The translations under genes were made by a program, and so were the position numbers. A stretch of DNA of 64,000 nt from the NCBI GenBank assembly GCA_963665665.1, contig OY762428.1, positions 128,001-192,000 of the forward strand, read 5' to 3'. Each line of letters begins with the position of its first letter. The first letter of the stretch is position 1. Source of the stretch: Candidatus Kapaibacterium sp. (GTDB lineage: Bacteria > Bacteroidota > Ignavibacteria > Kapaibacteriales > UBA2268). Below, one piece after another: positions 8,710-18,537 of this stretch. Below the pieces are notes generated by a model that searched no databases, was not told where the DNA came from, and was given only the letters and a program-made list of their open reading frames with translations.

Positions 8710-9769
8710 CGATAATAGCCTGAGTAAGGAGAGCTGTGATCATCTTAGCATAAAGCCACGCTCGTGCAGAGTTTTTATCTTTTTTTGGTAAATGCCCCAA
8801 GCCAAATTGACTTTTTAGTTTTTTAAATGAAATTTCAACCTGCCATCTCATTCTATATAATTCTAAGATATTATTAGAAGATATATCATTAATCAAAGAA
8901 GTCACCAAAACAATATAATCATTAAGTCCTAAAGCTGTAGAACTGATTGTCTGTTGTTTTCTAGCAAAATTCTTTTTTGCTTTCTTTCTGGATAACTCAG
9001 CTTGCTCCTTGCTTTTTTTGATAGCACATATACGTACAGGAATCTTTTTATTTTTTGAGGAGGAGGAGGAAATATAAAATATTTTGTCAAATATTTGATC
9101 TAACTTTAAACTTTTTAATTCTTTAATAATATCAACTTTATCATTTTTACTATTATATAGTGTAAAACCTTTATGCTTATATCTGACAACAAAATTTGCT
9201 TTCTTTCCGAGAATTTCTGAAATACCCTTATAACTGCAATATGCTCTGTCAATTAAAAAAAGATCAGAAGAGTTAATTTTGAAATTAGATATAGACTCAC
9301 CGACTTTTGGGCTGGTAATAATAAATTCGTCACACTTGAGGTTGAACAGATTATGGCTGTAATGAAGTCTCCAGTCAGTACCTGTTGACCCCGGCTCAGT
9401 AACAACAGACGCATCGATACATCTTACATTGAAATCCGACAGCCATTCTGGGGAATCTAATGATATCCCCCTATTATGAATCAATCCTAATGCAATCCAG
9501 CGAAGCCAATCAGCAGACGTCCTCATTTTTTTTAATAACGCAACATCTGATATATCTATATTTCTTTCATATTTAAGCTTAGTAGCAACCACCCTCATAG
9601 AATGCCCCGTTGCTACATGCATAAGTATTGCTCGAAGTTGCTCAGAAGGTGAATCAAATGCCCTGCGACGTTGGAAAGCCTGGAGTTCTTTAGCCTTTAA
9701 TTCCCATCCCAAAGGAAGTAAGGTTGTAACTACATCCCATTCTTCTATATGCTTGTTGTACTTTTCCAT
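8657..9769 (-). CDS. IS4-family DDE transposase
   Basis: IDAS, DRAY and YRMRWQVEISFKKLKS (YREK signature) motifs. Enclosed by TIRs. Confidence 0.93.
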   Translation of the reverse strand: MEKYNKHIEEWDVVTTLLPLGWELKAKELQAFQRRRAFDSPSEQLRAILMHVATGHSMRVVATKLKYERNIDISDVALLKKMRTSADWLRWIALGLIHNRGISLDSPEWLSDFNVRCIDASVVTEPGSTGTDWRLHYSHNLFNLKCDEFIITSPKVGESISNFKINSSDLFLIDRAYCSYKGISEILGKKANFVVRYKHKGFTLYNSKNDKVDIIKELKSLKLDQIFDKIFYISSSSSKNKKIPVRICAIKKSKEQAELSRKKAKKNFARKQQTISSTALGLNDYIVLVTSLINDISSNNILELYRMRWQVEISFKKLKSQFGLGHLPKKDKNSARAWLYAKMITALLTQAIIDEGERFSPWGYRFNKRE

Positions 9770-9823
9770 TTACAAATATAAAAAAATTATATATAAAAAT
9801 CAAACACTAAGTTAGCGCTTATG

Positions 9824-9955
9824 CCCCGAAGGGGAGGGCTTTGAAGTAAAACAAGGCGGCAATAAAGCAAAATATTGCTGCAATAGTGTCGACCATCGGT
9901 GCATTGCCTTCGACTCATCCTACCTCCCCCCGACCACCTCCTTCGGAAGGAGGGA
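9824..9955. repeat. Continuation of the 21-nt modular array after the IS
   Basis: GAAGTAAAACAAGGCGGCAAT, AAAGCAAAATATTGCTGCAAT, AGTGTCGACCATCGGTGCATT, then a CCTCCTTCGGAAGGAGG hairpin. Confidence 0.85.
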
Positions 9956-10340
9956 AAAAGCTCCGTAGGATCGGAATTTTTGTAGATAATATTTACATAA
10001 CGAATATTAAAAGCTCCGCAGGAGCGACACAATCTTTTGCCAATGTCGCCCCTAAGGGGCTGTTGTTCATCCCGGGATCGATTTTCTACAAAAATGTCGC
10101 GGCTACGCCGCTTTCGGGATGGCTGATTTTATACTCCTTCCCAAGCCCCGCTTGGGAAGGCAAATACCACTGGGAAAAAAAGAAAACATCACATCTAAGC
10201 AGGGGCTTAGATGCGAGTATAAGGGCGGGGTGGATTCTTCGGTCGCAAGCTCCGGAAGCCTGCCCCTGCCTGCACCGATTTATCGGTGACGTGTCGGGGA
10301 AAGACAACATTAACTGTCCTCCGAAGGACGGGGAATGAAA
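9956..10340. repeat. Cluster of REP-like palindromic elements
   Basis: AGCTCCGTAGGA../CTCCGCAGGAGCGAC, TTCCCAAGCCCCGCTTGGGAA, GGATTCTTCGGTCGCAAGCTCC. Near-identical copies at about 27495-27590, 28347-28425 and 39060-39370. Confidence 0.85.
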
Positions 10341-10515
10341 ATTCTGCAATTATTCTTTTCAAAACAGAATAATATCATTTTATCATAGGGATACAAAATA
10401 TTAATTTCCTGCAAAACAAGTTTGAAAAATGATTTATATTTTGATTATGCGGATGATTTTATTATTTTGTTGATAAATGCTTTTGGGATTTAATACATTT
10501 TTCCAGGGAGGAATA

Positions 10516-11835
10516 ATGGCTCGTTCAATCTTATTTTTTGTTTTATTTTCAATATTTTTTAATCCTGTATTTGCCGAAAAGATCTGCCGCAAACATAACG
10601 TAATTACTGATGGATTCATTGAAATGGGTGAAAATTTTGGTAATAAATTGCAAGTGGTAAGTACCTCGTTCAACACCAAAGACGATGAAAGAAACCCTCA
10701 GCCATTCAAATACGGCGCTGCTATGTACTTCATTTCAGACCGCGTAGGCTCTCATGCAAGAAATAATAATGATGAAAGATATGAAGAAGCCTGGTATTCT
10801 GAAATATCATATACTGAAGATTCTCTGATATTTAATCCCGTTCTTTCCGGCCCCGGCAACATTGGTTCGCTGGTAAAGGGGCATGAAGGGCCATTTGGTA
10901 TTTCTCAGGACGGATCGGTTTGCTACTTAATCAGGTATACAAGGGGACGTACAAAAAAATCGTATGATATTTTTAAAAGTTCTTATGATACAAAAAAAGA
11001 TAAATGGTGTAAACCATCACATCTTGGAATTATTATTAATTCGGATATGTATGAATTAACTCCGGGGATAAATAGTGATAAAACCCGACTGTATTTTAGT
11101 TCCAACCGAAGAGGGCCAAACAGCCGCGGAGTTCATTATTTCGGAGAAAATTATGATATCTGGTATTCAGATTATTACCCGCAGACGCGTACATGGGGGG
11201 AAGCAGTTAATATAACAGATATTAATTCTGACGATGAAGATAGTTGTCCAAATATTTCTTTTGACGGAAAAACAATTGTTTTTGCATCTAAGGGCCTTGA
11301 ACCCAATTATGGCGGTTCGGATATTTATATAAGCAGGTTCGATGATTCAACAGGCAAATGGTGCAAACCAATTAATTTAGGCCCAAAAATAAACTCAGGA
11401 TCGGACGAAAACTTTCCATCACTGCTATATAACGGTGATATAATAATGTTCACCTCCAATGATGACGACAGGGACGGAGCAAAAGGAAAAACAGATATTT
11501 ATTATGCATTCCTTCCCCGCGATTGCGAGCTGTGCGGCGATAAAAACTTTTCCGAAGTTACTCCGGTTTCATTTACGAAATCGACAAAAATCCAGGTGGA
11601 AGTGCCGGATGCTTGTTTCGGAGAGTTGAATATTATTGATGAATCAGGCGAAGTCGTTAACAGGATTCACGCCGGTGAATTTAAAAAGGGCATGAATGAA
11701 TTTGAATGGAAGGGAAACACAACAAAGAAGAAATACCTTAGGAACGGAATCTATAAATCTGTTCTTACCGTTGAAATCAATAACGAATTTTATACCGAAG
11801 AAAGAATTGCCATTATCAGCGGCAGAAGAAGATAA
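10516..11835 (+). CDS. Secreted PD40 (TolB-like beta-propeller) repeat protein with C-terminal FlgD-like Ig domain
   Basis: Signal peptide, repeated P.IS.DG..LYF.S.R and DIY.S motifs, C-terminal EFEWKG.....LRNGIY. Confidence 0.8.
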   Translation: MARSILFFVLFSIFFNPVFAEKICRKHNVITDGFIEMGENFGNKLQVVSTSFNTKDDERNPQPFKYGAAMYFISDRVGSHARNNNDERYEEAWYSEISYTEDSLIFNPVLSGPGNIGSLVKGHEGPFGISQDGSVCYLIRYTRGRTKKSYDIFKSSYDTKKDKWCKPSHLGIIINSDMYELTPGINSDKTRLYFSSNRRGPNSRGVHYFGENYDIWYSDYYPQTRTWGEAVNITDINSDDEDSCPNISFDGKTIVFASKGLEPNYGGSDIYISRFDDSTGKWCKPINLGPKINSGSDENFPSLLYNGDIIMFTSNDDDRDGAKGKTDIYYAFLPRDCELCGDKNFSEVTPVSFTKSTKIQVEVPDACFGELNIIDESGEVVNRIHAGEFKKGMNEFEWKGNTTKKKYLRNGIYKSVLTVEINNEFYTEERIAIISGRRR

Positions 11836-11859
11836 ATTATATTTTCAAGGAGCAGTGAT

Positions 11860-13176
11860 ATGCGTATTTCAATTTTCTTAGTTTTGACATTTTCCATATT
11901 ATCAGCAGAATTATCTGCGAGCGACAATATACCCGACACAATTAATATTTTAGATGGATTTGCAAAATACGGGGAAGAATTCGGAGAGAAATTCATTGTC
12001 AGGAATTTTACATTTATAAACACCTCCGGAATTGAATATGCCCCGACAATAACGGGCGGCGGAGATATTATTATTTTTATATCGAACAGGCCCGGAAGTA
12101 TTAATTCCGACGAGAAACATGGTTCTATACCTACTCATGATTTCTGGAGCGCTCCTGTTGTTTTTGATCCGGACAGAGTTTTCGACCCGGAAAAGGATAA
12201 GGTTTACACCTTCGAAAATATCAACACAAATATTAACGAAGGCGCTCCTTCTTTGAGTCCTGACGGAAAACATTTGTATTTCACGTCATGTAACAAACCA
12301 GATGGCTATGGAGCTTGTGATATTTATGTATCCGATCTGGACAGGGGTATATGGAGTGCAGGCTATCCACTTTGCTGTGATATTAATACCGAATTCTGGG
12401 AATCTGCACCCGGTGTTAGCCCTGATGCTGACCGGATTTATTTTACCAGTACCAGAAAAGGCCCAAACAGCGATGGCAAATTCGATGGAAATTATGCTGA
12501 TAAAATGGATATATGGTACTCCGACAGAACTCCCGGATCAGATTCCTGGGAAGCTGCAATAAATATGAGTGAAATAAATACCGAAGGAATGGAAGCCTAC
12601 CCGTTTATTGCTCCTGACGGAAAAACCATATTTTTTTCATCTAATGAACTTTCCCCAAATTACGGTGGATTAGACCTCTATTTCAGCAGGTTTGACGATA
12701 AGACCGGCAAATGGTCCGAACCAGTGAATCTTGGAGAACCAATTAATTCGGAGGGTAATGAATCATTTGTTACAATACCGGAAAATGGAAATATTCTTTT
12801 CTTTTCTTCAGACAGAAAAGATATCGAGGGACATAAAGGCAATCTGGATATTTATTATGCCACTTTAAATGATAATTTTGTTCAACAACACGGCAAAGTC
12901 CATCCAATATGTTTTAAAAGAAAAACTACGCTCTTTTTGGAACTTGAGAAAAAATCCGTAGTATCTGTTCTGATCAGAAATGAGCAGGACGAAACAATCA
13001 GCGAATTATTCAATGGTGATTTGGAAGCCGGCAAACATGAAATTGAATGGAAAGGTACCGACATTAAAGGAAAATACCTGAGAAATGGCGCTTACTTTTT
13101 TACCATCATGATAGACGACGGAGAAAAATCATATACCGAAAAAAGAACCGCTGTTATAGTCGGCAGGAAACGCTAA
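11860..13176 (+). CDS. Secreted PD40 repeat protein with FlgD-like Ig domain (tandem paralog)
   Basis: Same architecture as the upstream gene. Shared PNYGG.D.Y.SRFDD.TGKW..P.NLG..INS and WKG..KYLRNG. Confidence 0.82.
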   Translation: MRISIFLVLTFSILSAELSASDNIPDTINILDGFAKYGEEFGEKFIVRNFTFINTSGIEYAPTITGGGDIIIFISNRPGSINSDEKHGSIPTHDFWSAPVVFDPDRVFDPEKDKVYTFENINTNINEGAPSLSPDGKHLYFTSCNKPDGYGACDIYVSDLDRGIWSAGYPLCCDINTEFWESAPGVSPDADRIYFTSTRKGPNSDGKFDGNYADKMDIWYSDRTPGSDSWEAAINMSEINTEGMEAYPFIAPDGKTIFFSSNELSPNYGGLDLYFSRFDDKTGKWSEPVNLGEPINSEGNESFVTIPENGNILFFSSDRKDIEGHKGNLDIYYATLNDNFVQQHGKVHPICFKRKTTLFLELEKKSVVSVLIRNEQDETISELFNGDLEAGKHEIEWKGTDIKGKYLRNGAYFFTIMIDDGEKSYTEKRTAVIVGRKR

Positions 13177-13282
13177 TAGCATTATCAGTTGGAATTCAAC
13201 AAATAATATATTTCAAATTCCTGACTTTTTATTAAATTAACGACGGAAATATTGGAATTGTGAAATTTATCATTGTAAGAAA

Positions 13283-13741
13283 ATGAAAAGAAGAGATTTT
13301 ATTAAGGCTGGCTCCCTTGCTACAGCTTGTGTATGCATGGGAGGCATAAACTCCTGCTCGATGATTTCCGGCACATCAGATGTACAGTCTGCTCCTGCAA
13401 ATGCTTTGAGTTTTAACGATGATAGTATAATTATCGACTGCTCGAAACTGCCAAATCTGGAACATGCCGGTTTTGCTACAAAATTTCATGATGAAGAAAG
13501 GGATATCAAATACATTCTAATTTGTCCTGAAAATGGAAAGCACCTGGCATTTCTTGATAAATGCACTCATTTCGGCAGAGAGCTGAATTATGATTATCCG
13601 GGTAAAAGGCTTGAGTGTTCAAGTTTCGGGCATTCAAAATTCACACTCGAAGGAGAAAGGATAGAAGGGCCGGCCGATGGGCCACTAACTTCTGTTCCAA
13701 TAAAGAAAGAAGGAAATAGATTGATTTTAAGCAGGGTATAA
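13283..13741 (+). CDS. Tat-exported Rieske [2Fe-2S] domain (lipo)protein
   Basis: MKRRDFIK twin-arginine signal, INSC lipobox-like, CTH...CSSFGHSKF...GPA..PL. Confidence 0.85.
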   Translation: MKRRDFIKAGSLATACVCMGGINSCSMISGTSDVQSAPANALSFNDDSIIIDCSKLPNLEHAGFATKFHDEERDIKYILICPENGKHLAFLDKCTHFGRELNYDYPGKRLECSSFGHSKFTLEGERIEGPADGPLTSVPIKKEGNRLILSRV

Positions 13742-13754
13742 TAATTATTCAACT

Positions 13755-14300
13755 TCCCGACAAGCCCTGTACCAAAAATGTCATTCCCCGATACTTCGGG
13801 GCAGGCTTCCTGAGCTTGCGACTGAAGAATCCATATTCCTTTGCAGGATAATAGATAAAGAATGGATACTTAGCTGCGATCAGTATGACAATCCATCCAG
13901 AGCATCGACAAATTCAATAACCAGGTGCTCTATCTCGTGGATTAAGGGTGCAACGTCCCAAAGCAAAGAGATAAAACCACCCCTTTAATCCCCTCCACCG
14001 GAGGGGAATTAACTCCATGATATGCATAAAATAAGAAAGGCGAATCCGGAAAGAACAACAGCCCCGTCGGTGAGACATTGACAAAAGATTTTGTCGCTTC
14101 TACGGAGCTTTTTCCCTCCTTCCCAAGCCCCGCTTGGTAAGGAATATTTCATACAAAGTTCTACTTTGAAACTATTTTGCCTTGGCTCTTTCGGATATCT
14201 TATCCGAAAGTAATAAGGATTGGGAAATACTTTCCATATTCTGTGTCGGGATACGGATATCCCGACAAGCAGTTTTAGCCCCCATCCCAAACATTGAAAC
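13755..14300. repeat. REP-like palindrome cluster
   Basis: TGTCATTCCCCGATACTTCGGGG..GAAGAATCC, CCCCTCCACCGGAGGGG, TGTCGCTTCTACGGAGC, TTCCCAAGCCCCGCTTGG, between convergent genes. Confidence 0.75.
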
Positions 14301-14328
14301 TAAAGAAATTATTATTCAGTAAAAATAA

Positions 14329-14353
14329 TGGCTCCCGGAAAACCCTGGAGCCA
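14329..14353 (-). terminator. Probable intrinsic terminator after porX
   Basis: TGGCTCC..GGAGCCA stem followed by a T-rich tract on the minus strand. Confidence 0.6.
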
Positions 14354-14385
14354 ATTTATTCATTTTAAATTTTTATTAAAAAGAA

Positions 14386-15960
14386 CTATCTCGGAGTAAG
14401 TTTTATCACCGGCAGGATCATTTCCTCAAGCGAAATACCGCCGTGCTGGAAACTGTCGCGATATTTCTGAAGGTAATGATGGTAATCAGTCGGGTAAACA
14501 AAGTAGTAATCTTCTTTGGCAACAATATTGTTTACAGTTATTCCGTGTTTTGGCAGACGGAAATCTCTCGGGTCGGATACCTGCATGGCATACCTCTTAT
14601 CTGCCTTTACGTTCTTGCCGAACTTATAGCGCAGGTTTGTAGATGTATCTCTGTCACCCAGAACTTTTACGCCTCTCATGCAGCGTATTGAACCGTGGTC
14701 GGTTGTGATCAGAACTTTTGCTCCTTTAATACCTGCAATAGTTTTAAGCATACCATGCAGGCTGGAATGTTTGAACCACGACTTTGTAAGCGAGCGATAG
14801 GCAGCCTCGTCGGGAGCAATTTCTTTTAATATGGCATAGTCAGACCTTGAATGTGCAATCATATCAACAGCATTTACAACGATCGCCGTTACTTTCGAAT
14901 TTGCATATTCCAGAATTTCTCGTTCAATTTTTTTACCGAACTCGGTTTCGAATATTTTAATAAAGTTTGATTTTCCTTCAAGATTTGTTCTTTTTCTTTT
15001 CAGCCATGTATTGAAAAGGTCTTTCTCGTAAGCGTTCAGCTTGTGTTCTTCTGTATTAATCTCGTTTTGCCAGTATTGGGGGTAATGCTTGTTAATATCA
15101 TCCGGCATCAGGCCCGCGAAAATGGCATTCCTGGCGTAAGGTGTGGCAGTAGGAAGTATTGAAGAGTAGTAGTCGATATTGAATGAATAGTAAGGGCTTA
15201 GAATTTCCTGCATAACCAGCCACTGGTCAAGCCTCATACAGTCAACAACTATAAAAAATACCGGCCCGTCGTCGTCTTTCAGCATTGGCAGCAGGTGTTT
15301 GGATGTTACCTGGTGCGAAAGCATGGGGCCATTATCGCCTTCATCGTGAATCCAGTCAATATAATTTCTTTCTACAAATTTCGAGAACTCTGAATTTCCA
15401 TTTCTCCATTGGTCCTGAAGTGTTTGTGAAAGTCCGGGTTCCTGAATATCATCAAGTTCAAGCGACCAGTTAACCAACTTAACATATATATCTTTCCACT
15501 CGTCCCAATCCATGGGCTGAAGCATTTGCCGTGAAACCTCATTAAATCCCATCAGGTAATCCTGGGTAAACTTTTCTGTTTCAATCCTTTTTGCTTCAAG
15601 GAATTTCTTGCATGCCATTAAAATCTGGGCCGGGTTAACCGGTTTGGTCAGGTAATCATCAATCTTCTGGCCTATTGCTTCTTCCATCAGGCTCTCTGCT
15701 TCATTTTTTGTAACCATAACAACCGGAGTTGCAGGGTCGGCTTCTTTTAAAAGCGGAAGGGTTTCCAGGCCACTGATGCCAACCATCATTTCATCAAGAA
15801 ATATCAGGTCGAAATGTTCATTCTTTACCATTTCCACGGCATCTTCACCATTCGAGGCTGTTGAAACATCGTAACCTCGCTGGCTCAATAAAATAGTGTG
15901 GGGCTTTAGCAGCTCAATTTCGTCATCGATCCAGAGTATTTTTCCTTTTGAATTTTCCAT
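14386..15960 (-). CDS. porX: T9SS response regulator PorX (REC + PglZ/alkaline-phosphatase domain)
   Basis: KILWIDDEIELLKPH REC domain, VDCMRLDQW, SILPTATPYARNAIFAG, TTDHGS, FQHGGISLEEM. Confidence 0.92.
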   Translation of the reverse strand: MENSKGKILWIDDEIELLKPHTILLSQRGYDVSTASNGEDAVEMVKNEHFDLIFLDEMMVGISGLETLPLLKEADPATPVVMVTKNEAESLMEEAIGQKIDDYLTKPVNPAQILMACKKFLEAKRIETEKFTQDYLMGFNEVSRQMLQPMDWDEWKDIYVKLVNWSLELDDIQEPGLSQTLQDQWRNGNSEFSKFVERNYIDWIHDEGDNGPMLSHQVTSKHLLPMLKDDDGPVFFIVVDCMRLDQWLVMQEILSPYYSFNIDYYSSILPTATPYARNAIFAGLMPDDINKHYPQYWQNEINTEEHKLNAYEKDLFNTWLKRKRTNLEGKSNFIKIFETEFGKKIEREILEYANSKVTAIVVNAVDMIAHSRSDYAILKEIAPDEAAYRSLTKSWFKHSSLHGMLKTIAGIKGAKVLITTDHGSIRCMRGVKVLGDRDTSTNLRYKFGKNVKADKRYAMQVSDPRDFRLPKHGITVNNIVAKEDYYFVYPTDYHHYLQKYRDSFQHGGISLEEMILPVIKLTPR

Positions 15961-16360
15961 ACCGTCACCACAATTTATAACTAAATATTTTCTAATCTTT
16001 TTCCTGAACAAATATAAGCAAAAAGCCCGTAACCGGCCTGCATCTATTCAGGCATTAACCGTTTAATTGTAAATGGGTATAAAAAATTTTCAGATGCAAC
16101 AATAAAAGTCAAACATATCTATGAAAAAAAGACTGATAAGAAGTAAAATTATTTCATTTTTTATATTTGCTTCCTGTAAGCAGGTTTTTTCCCTTGTTTG
16201 GCCAAATAAAAATTTAGCTTATGAATAATTGATAAAATAATGACATTTCTATTTTTGAATTTTACATTTTTCTATTTTGTCGGATAAGTGTAATTTTGAG
16301 AGATATTATATCAAATAGTTTGAAATAAAGAATTTATTGCAATTATATCTGGAAAAATTT

Positions 16361-16807
16361 ATGATAATCGACAAAATGGAAAGAGCTGCAAAATATTACT
16401 ACCTGAATGAAAATTTTAAAACCGCATTTGAATATATAGAATCCAATGACCTTACAAAACTGGATGCCGGTGAGTACAAAATTGACGGCGATAAGGCTAT
16501 TTTGATAATTGCAGAAGACGATGCTCGTGAACATCCGGGCAACAAACTGGAAGCGCATATTAAATATATTGATATCCAGATGGTTATAGAAGGTTTCTTT
16601 GGATTGACCTGGAAAGCTCTTGAAGAATGTGAAAATATTATTTCTGAATACGATCCGGAAATTGACGCTGCTCTTTATTCTGACGAAGCTGATTTTGAAA
16701 TAGAAATACGTCCCGGCACATTTGTTGTCCTTATGCCCGAAGATGCACACTTCCCCCAACCGCCAAAATCCAAGATCAAAAAAGCAATTTTAAAGATAAT
16801 GATGTGA
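16361..16807 (+). CDS. YhcH/YjgK/YiaL (DUF386) family protein
   Basis: MIIDK, LEAHIKYIDIQ, F..LMPEDAH.P, KAILKI. Confidence 0.9.
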   Translation: MIIDKMERAAKYYYLNENFKTAFEYIESNDLTKLDAGEYKIDGDKAILIIAEDDAREHPGNKLEAHIKYIDIQMVIEGFFGLTWKALEECENIISEYDPEIDAALYSDEADFEIEIRPGTFVVLMPEDAHFPQPPKSKIKKAILKIMM

Positions 16808-16917
16808 AATCAGGATCAGTAAACTGATATATGGTAATTAATTAAACATTTTGATTTAATTATGGTTTAGCTTATATTATCGTAATATAGGCTTTAATAA
16901 TACCTTTGGAGTTAGCC

Positions 16918-18237
16918 ATGAAAAACCTCTCAGTCTCTGTCTTCCTTATGTTCGCATATTGTTTTTTCCACACACAGGCACAGGTTATTACTGTTACCAG
17001 CTCAGGAGATTCCGGGCACGGTACTTTCCGCAATGCTATTGCATCCGCAAACCCCGGCGATGAAATTCAGTTTTCTTTGCCAACAGGTTCAACAATTAAC
17101 CTTAGTTCCGGCCCCCTTTCTATTTCAAAGTCGATAAAAATTACAGGCTCGGGAAGTAATGAATTAACTATTGATGCAAATAATTCTTCAGGAATATTTG
17201 AAATAAATAATACAAACTCGGTTGAAATATCCGGTTTAACCATTCAAAATGGTTCCGGTAGTGATGGCGGAGGAATATTACTGAACAACGCCGGAGCTTC
17301 TATTGCCGACCTTGTAATTCAGGCTTGCAGCAGTATCATTTCCGGTGGCGGGATTTTTGCAAGCAACAGTAATCTGGAGATAAGTAATTCAGAGATTTCA
17401 AATAATTCCGCCGGGCAGAATGGTGGGGGTATTATGGCTGCAAACAGCTCGTCGGTTACAATATCTGATACCAGGCTTGAAAACAACACTGCCGGTAATT
17501 CAGGCGGCGGAATTTGCTCCGGAAATAGCAGCAGCTATAGTTTGAGCGTTATGACATTCGGTTCCAACGAGGCCGGATTGGAATGCCCCACTATTTGTGT
17601 TTTAGATCCCGGAATGAGTAGCACAAAGTCGGATTCGCCGGTTTTTATTAGTTCGGGCTCTTTTGACCTTGCCGACCTTGATGATGTGGATTGTGACTGT
17701 GAGGGGCATGGCCCGCATGTTGCAACATCAAGATTCTCAACAGTCAGGTTCGAGACTAAAAGTCCGGTGGAAGTACCTTTGTATCTTGTTGGATACGGTC
17801 CAAGGCCATTGTCGGTAAATGCCCCTGCCGGAAATGTATTTACTGTAAGGCTAACCCGCTTTGATGCCCTGCCTTCCAGAGCTTACTGGGAAATTGAACA
17901 CCTCAGCGGCTCACTCGGATCCGGAGCAACCTTAGAACTTGTCTATGCCAAAGAAGATGTTCCCTCCTATTCCGGCAATATGGAGAGCGAATCCTATATA
18001 TTCAAACTCAGCAGAGGGCAGTGGTCCAATATCACTCCTTCCGGAGCAACTACAACCGACTGGTATGGCTCTTCCAGCTATTGGTCAACATCGGTAACCG
18101 GCATATCATCATTTTCAGGATTTGCACCCGTTGGTTTAAACATGGCTATTCCTGTATTGCCGGGTATAATGATATGGTTATTAATCAGCGCTTTAAGTAT
18201 CAGCGCTTTGATTATTTTATTTAAAAATTTCTCATAA
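16918..18237 (+). CDS. Surface protein with parallel beta-helix (GGG[I] repeats) and IPTL-CTERM-like C-terminal anchor
   Basis: Signal peptide, VTSSGDSG.GTFRNAI, repeated N.A...GGGI, terminal AIPVL + transmembrane helix + K. Confidence 0.75.
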   Translation: MKNLSVSVFLMFAYCFFHTQAQVITVTSSGDSGHGTFRNAIASANPGDEIQFSLPTGSTINLSSGPLSISKSIKITGSGSNELTIDANNSSGIFEINNTNSVEISGLTIQNGSGSDGGGILLNNAGASIADLVIQACSSIISGGGIFASNSNLEISNSEISNNSAGQNGGGIMAANSSSVTISDTRLENNTAGNSGGGICSGNSSSYSLSVMTFGSNEAGLECPTICVLDPGMSSTKSDSPVFISSGSFDLADLDDVDCDCEGHGPHVATSRFSTVRFETKSPVEVPLYLVGYGPRPLSVNAPAGNVFTVRLTRFDALPSRAYWEIEHLSGSLGSGATLELVYAKEDVPSYSGNMESESYIFKLSRGQWSNITPSGATTTDWYGSSSYWSTSVTGISSFSGFAPVGLNMAIPVLPGIMIWLLISALSISALIILFKNFS

Positions 18238-18300
18238 ATATTTGCTAATAATTCAGCTTTGGTGATATTATTCTGTTTAGAAAAATACTAATTGCAAAAT

Positions 18301-18412
18301 TGTCATTCCCCGATATATCGAGGCAGACTTTCGGAGCTTGCGACTACCGAATCCACTTGTTTTTGTATAAAACCATGAAAAATTGGCTTTTCACTTCGTT
18401 CAGAGCAACATT
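18301..18412. repeat. Degenerate REP-like element
   Basis: TGTCATTCCCCGATATATCGAGG..GGAGCTTGCGAC..GAATCC, similar to 13779-13830. Confidence 0.6.
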
Positions 18413-18537
18413 TCCCGTTTTATTTGAAGACATCTAACATATTACTATTTTACATTGTATAATAACAATATGTCAATATCTGATATTTTTCGTAGTGTTG
18501 AAATTTTGCAGCTCATTTACCGGGAAAATTAATCCGT

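Larger units (their letters stand above)
8468..9823 (-). mobile_element. IS4-family insertion sequence (1356 bp)
   Basis: TIRs CATATGCGCTAACTTAGTG (8468-8486) and CACTAAGTTAGCGCTTATG (9805-9823), 18/19 match. 11-bp TSD CCCCGAAGGGG (8457-8467 and 9824-9834). Exact ends are ambiguous by a few nt because the target is palindromic. Confidence 0.93.
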
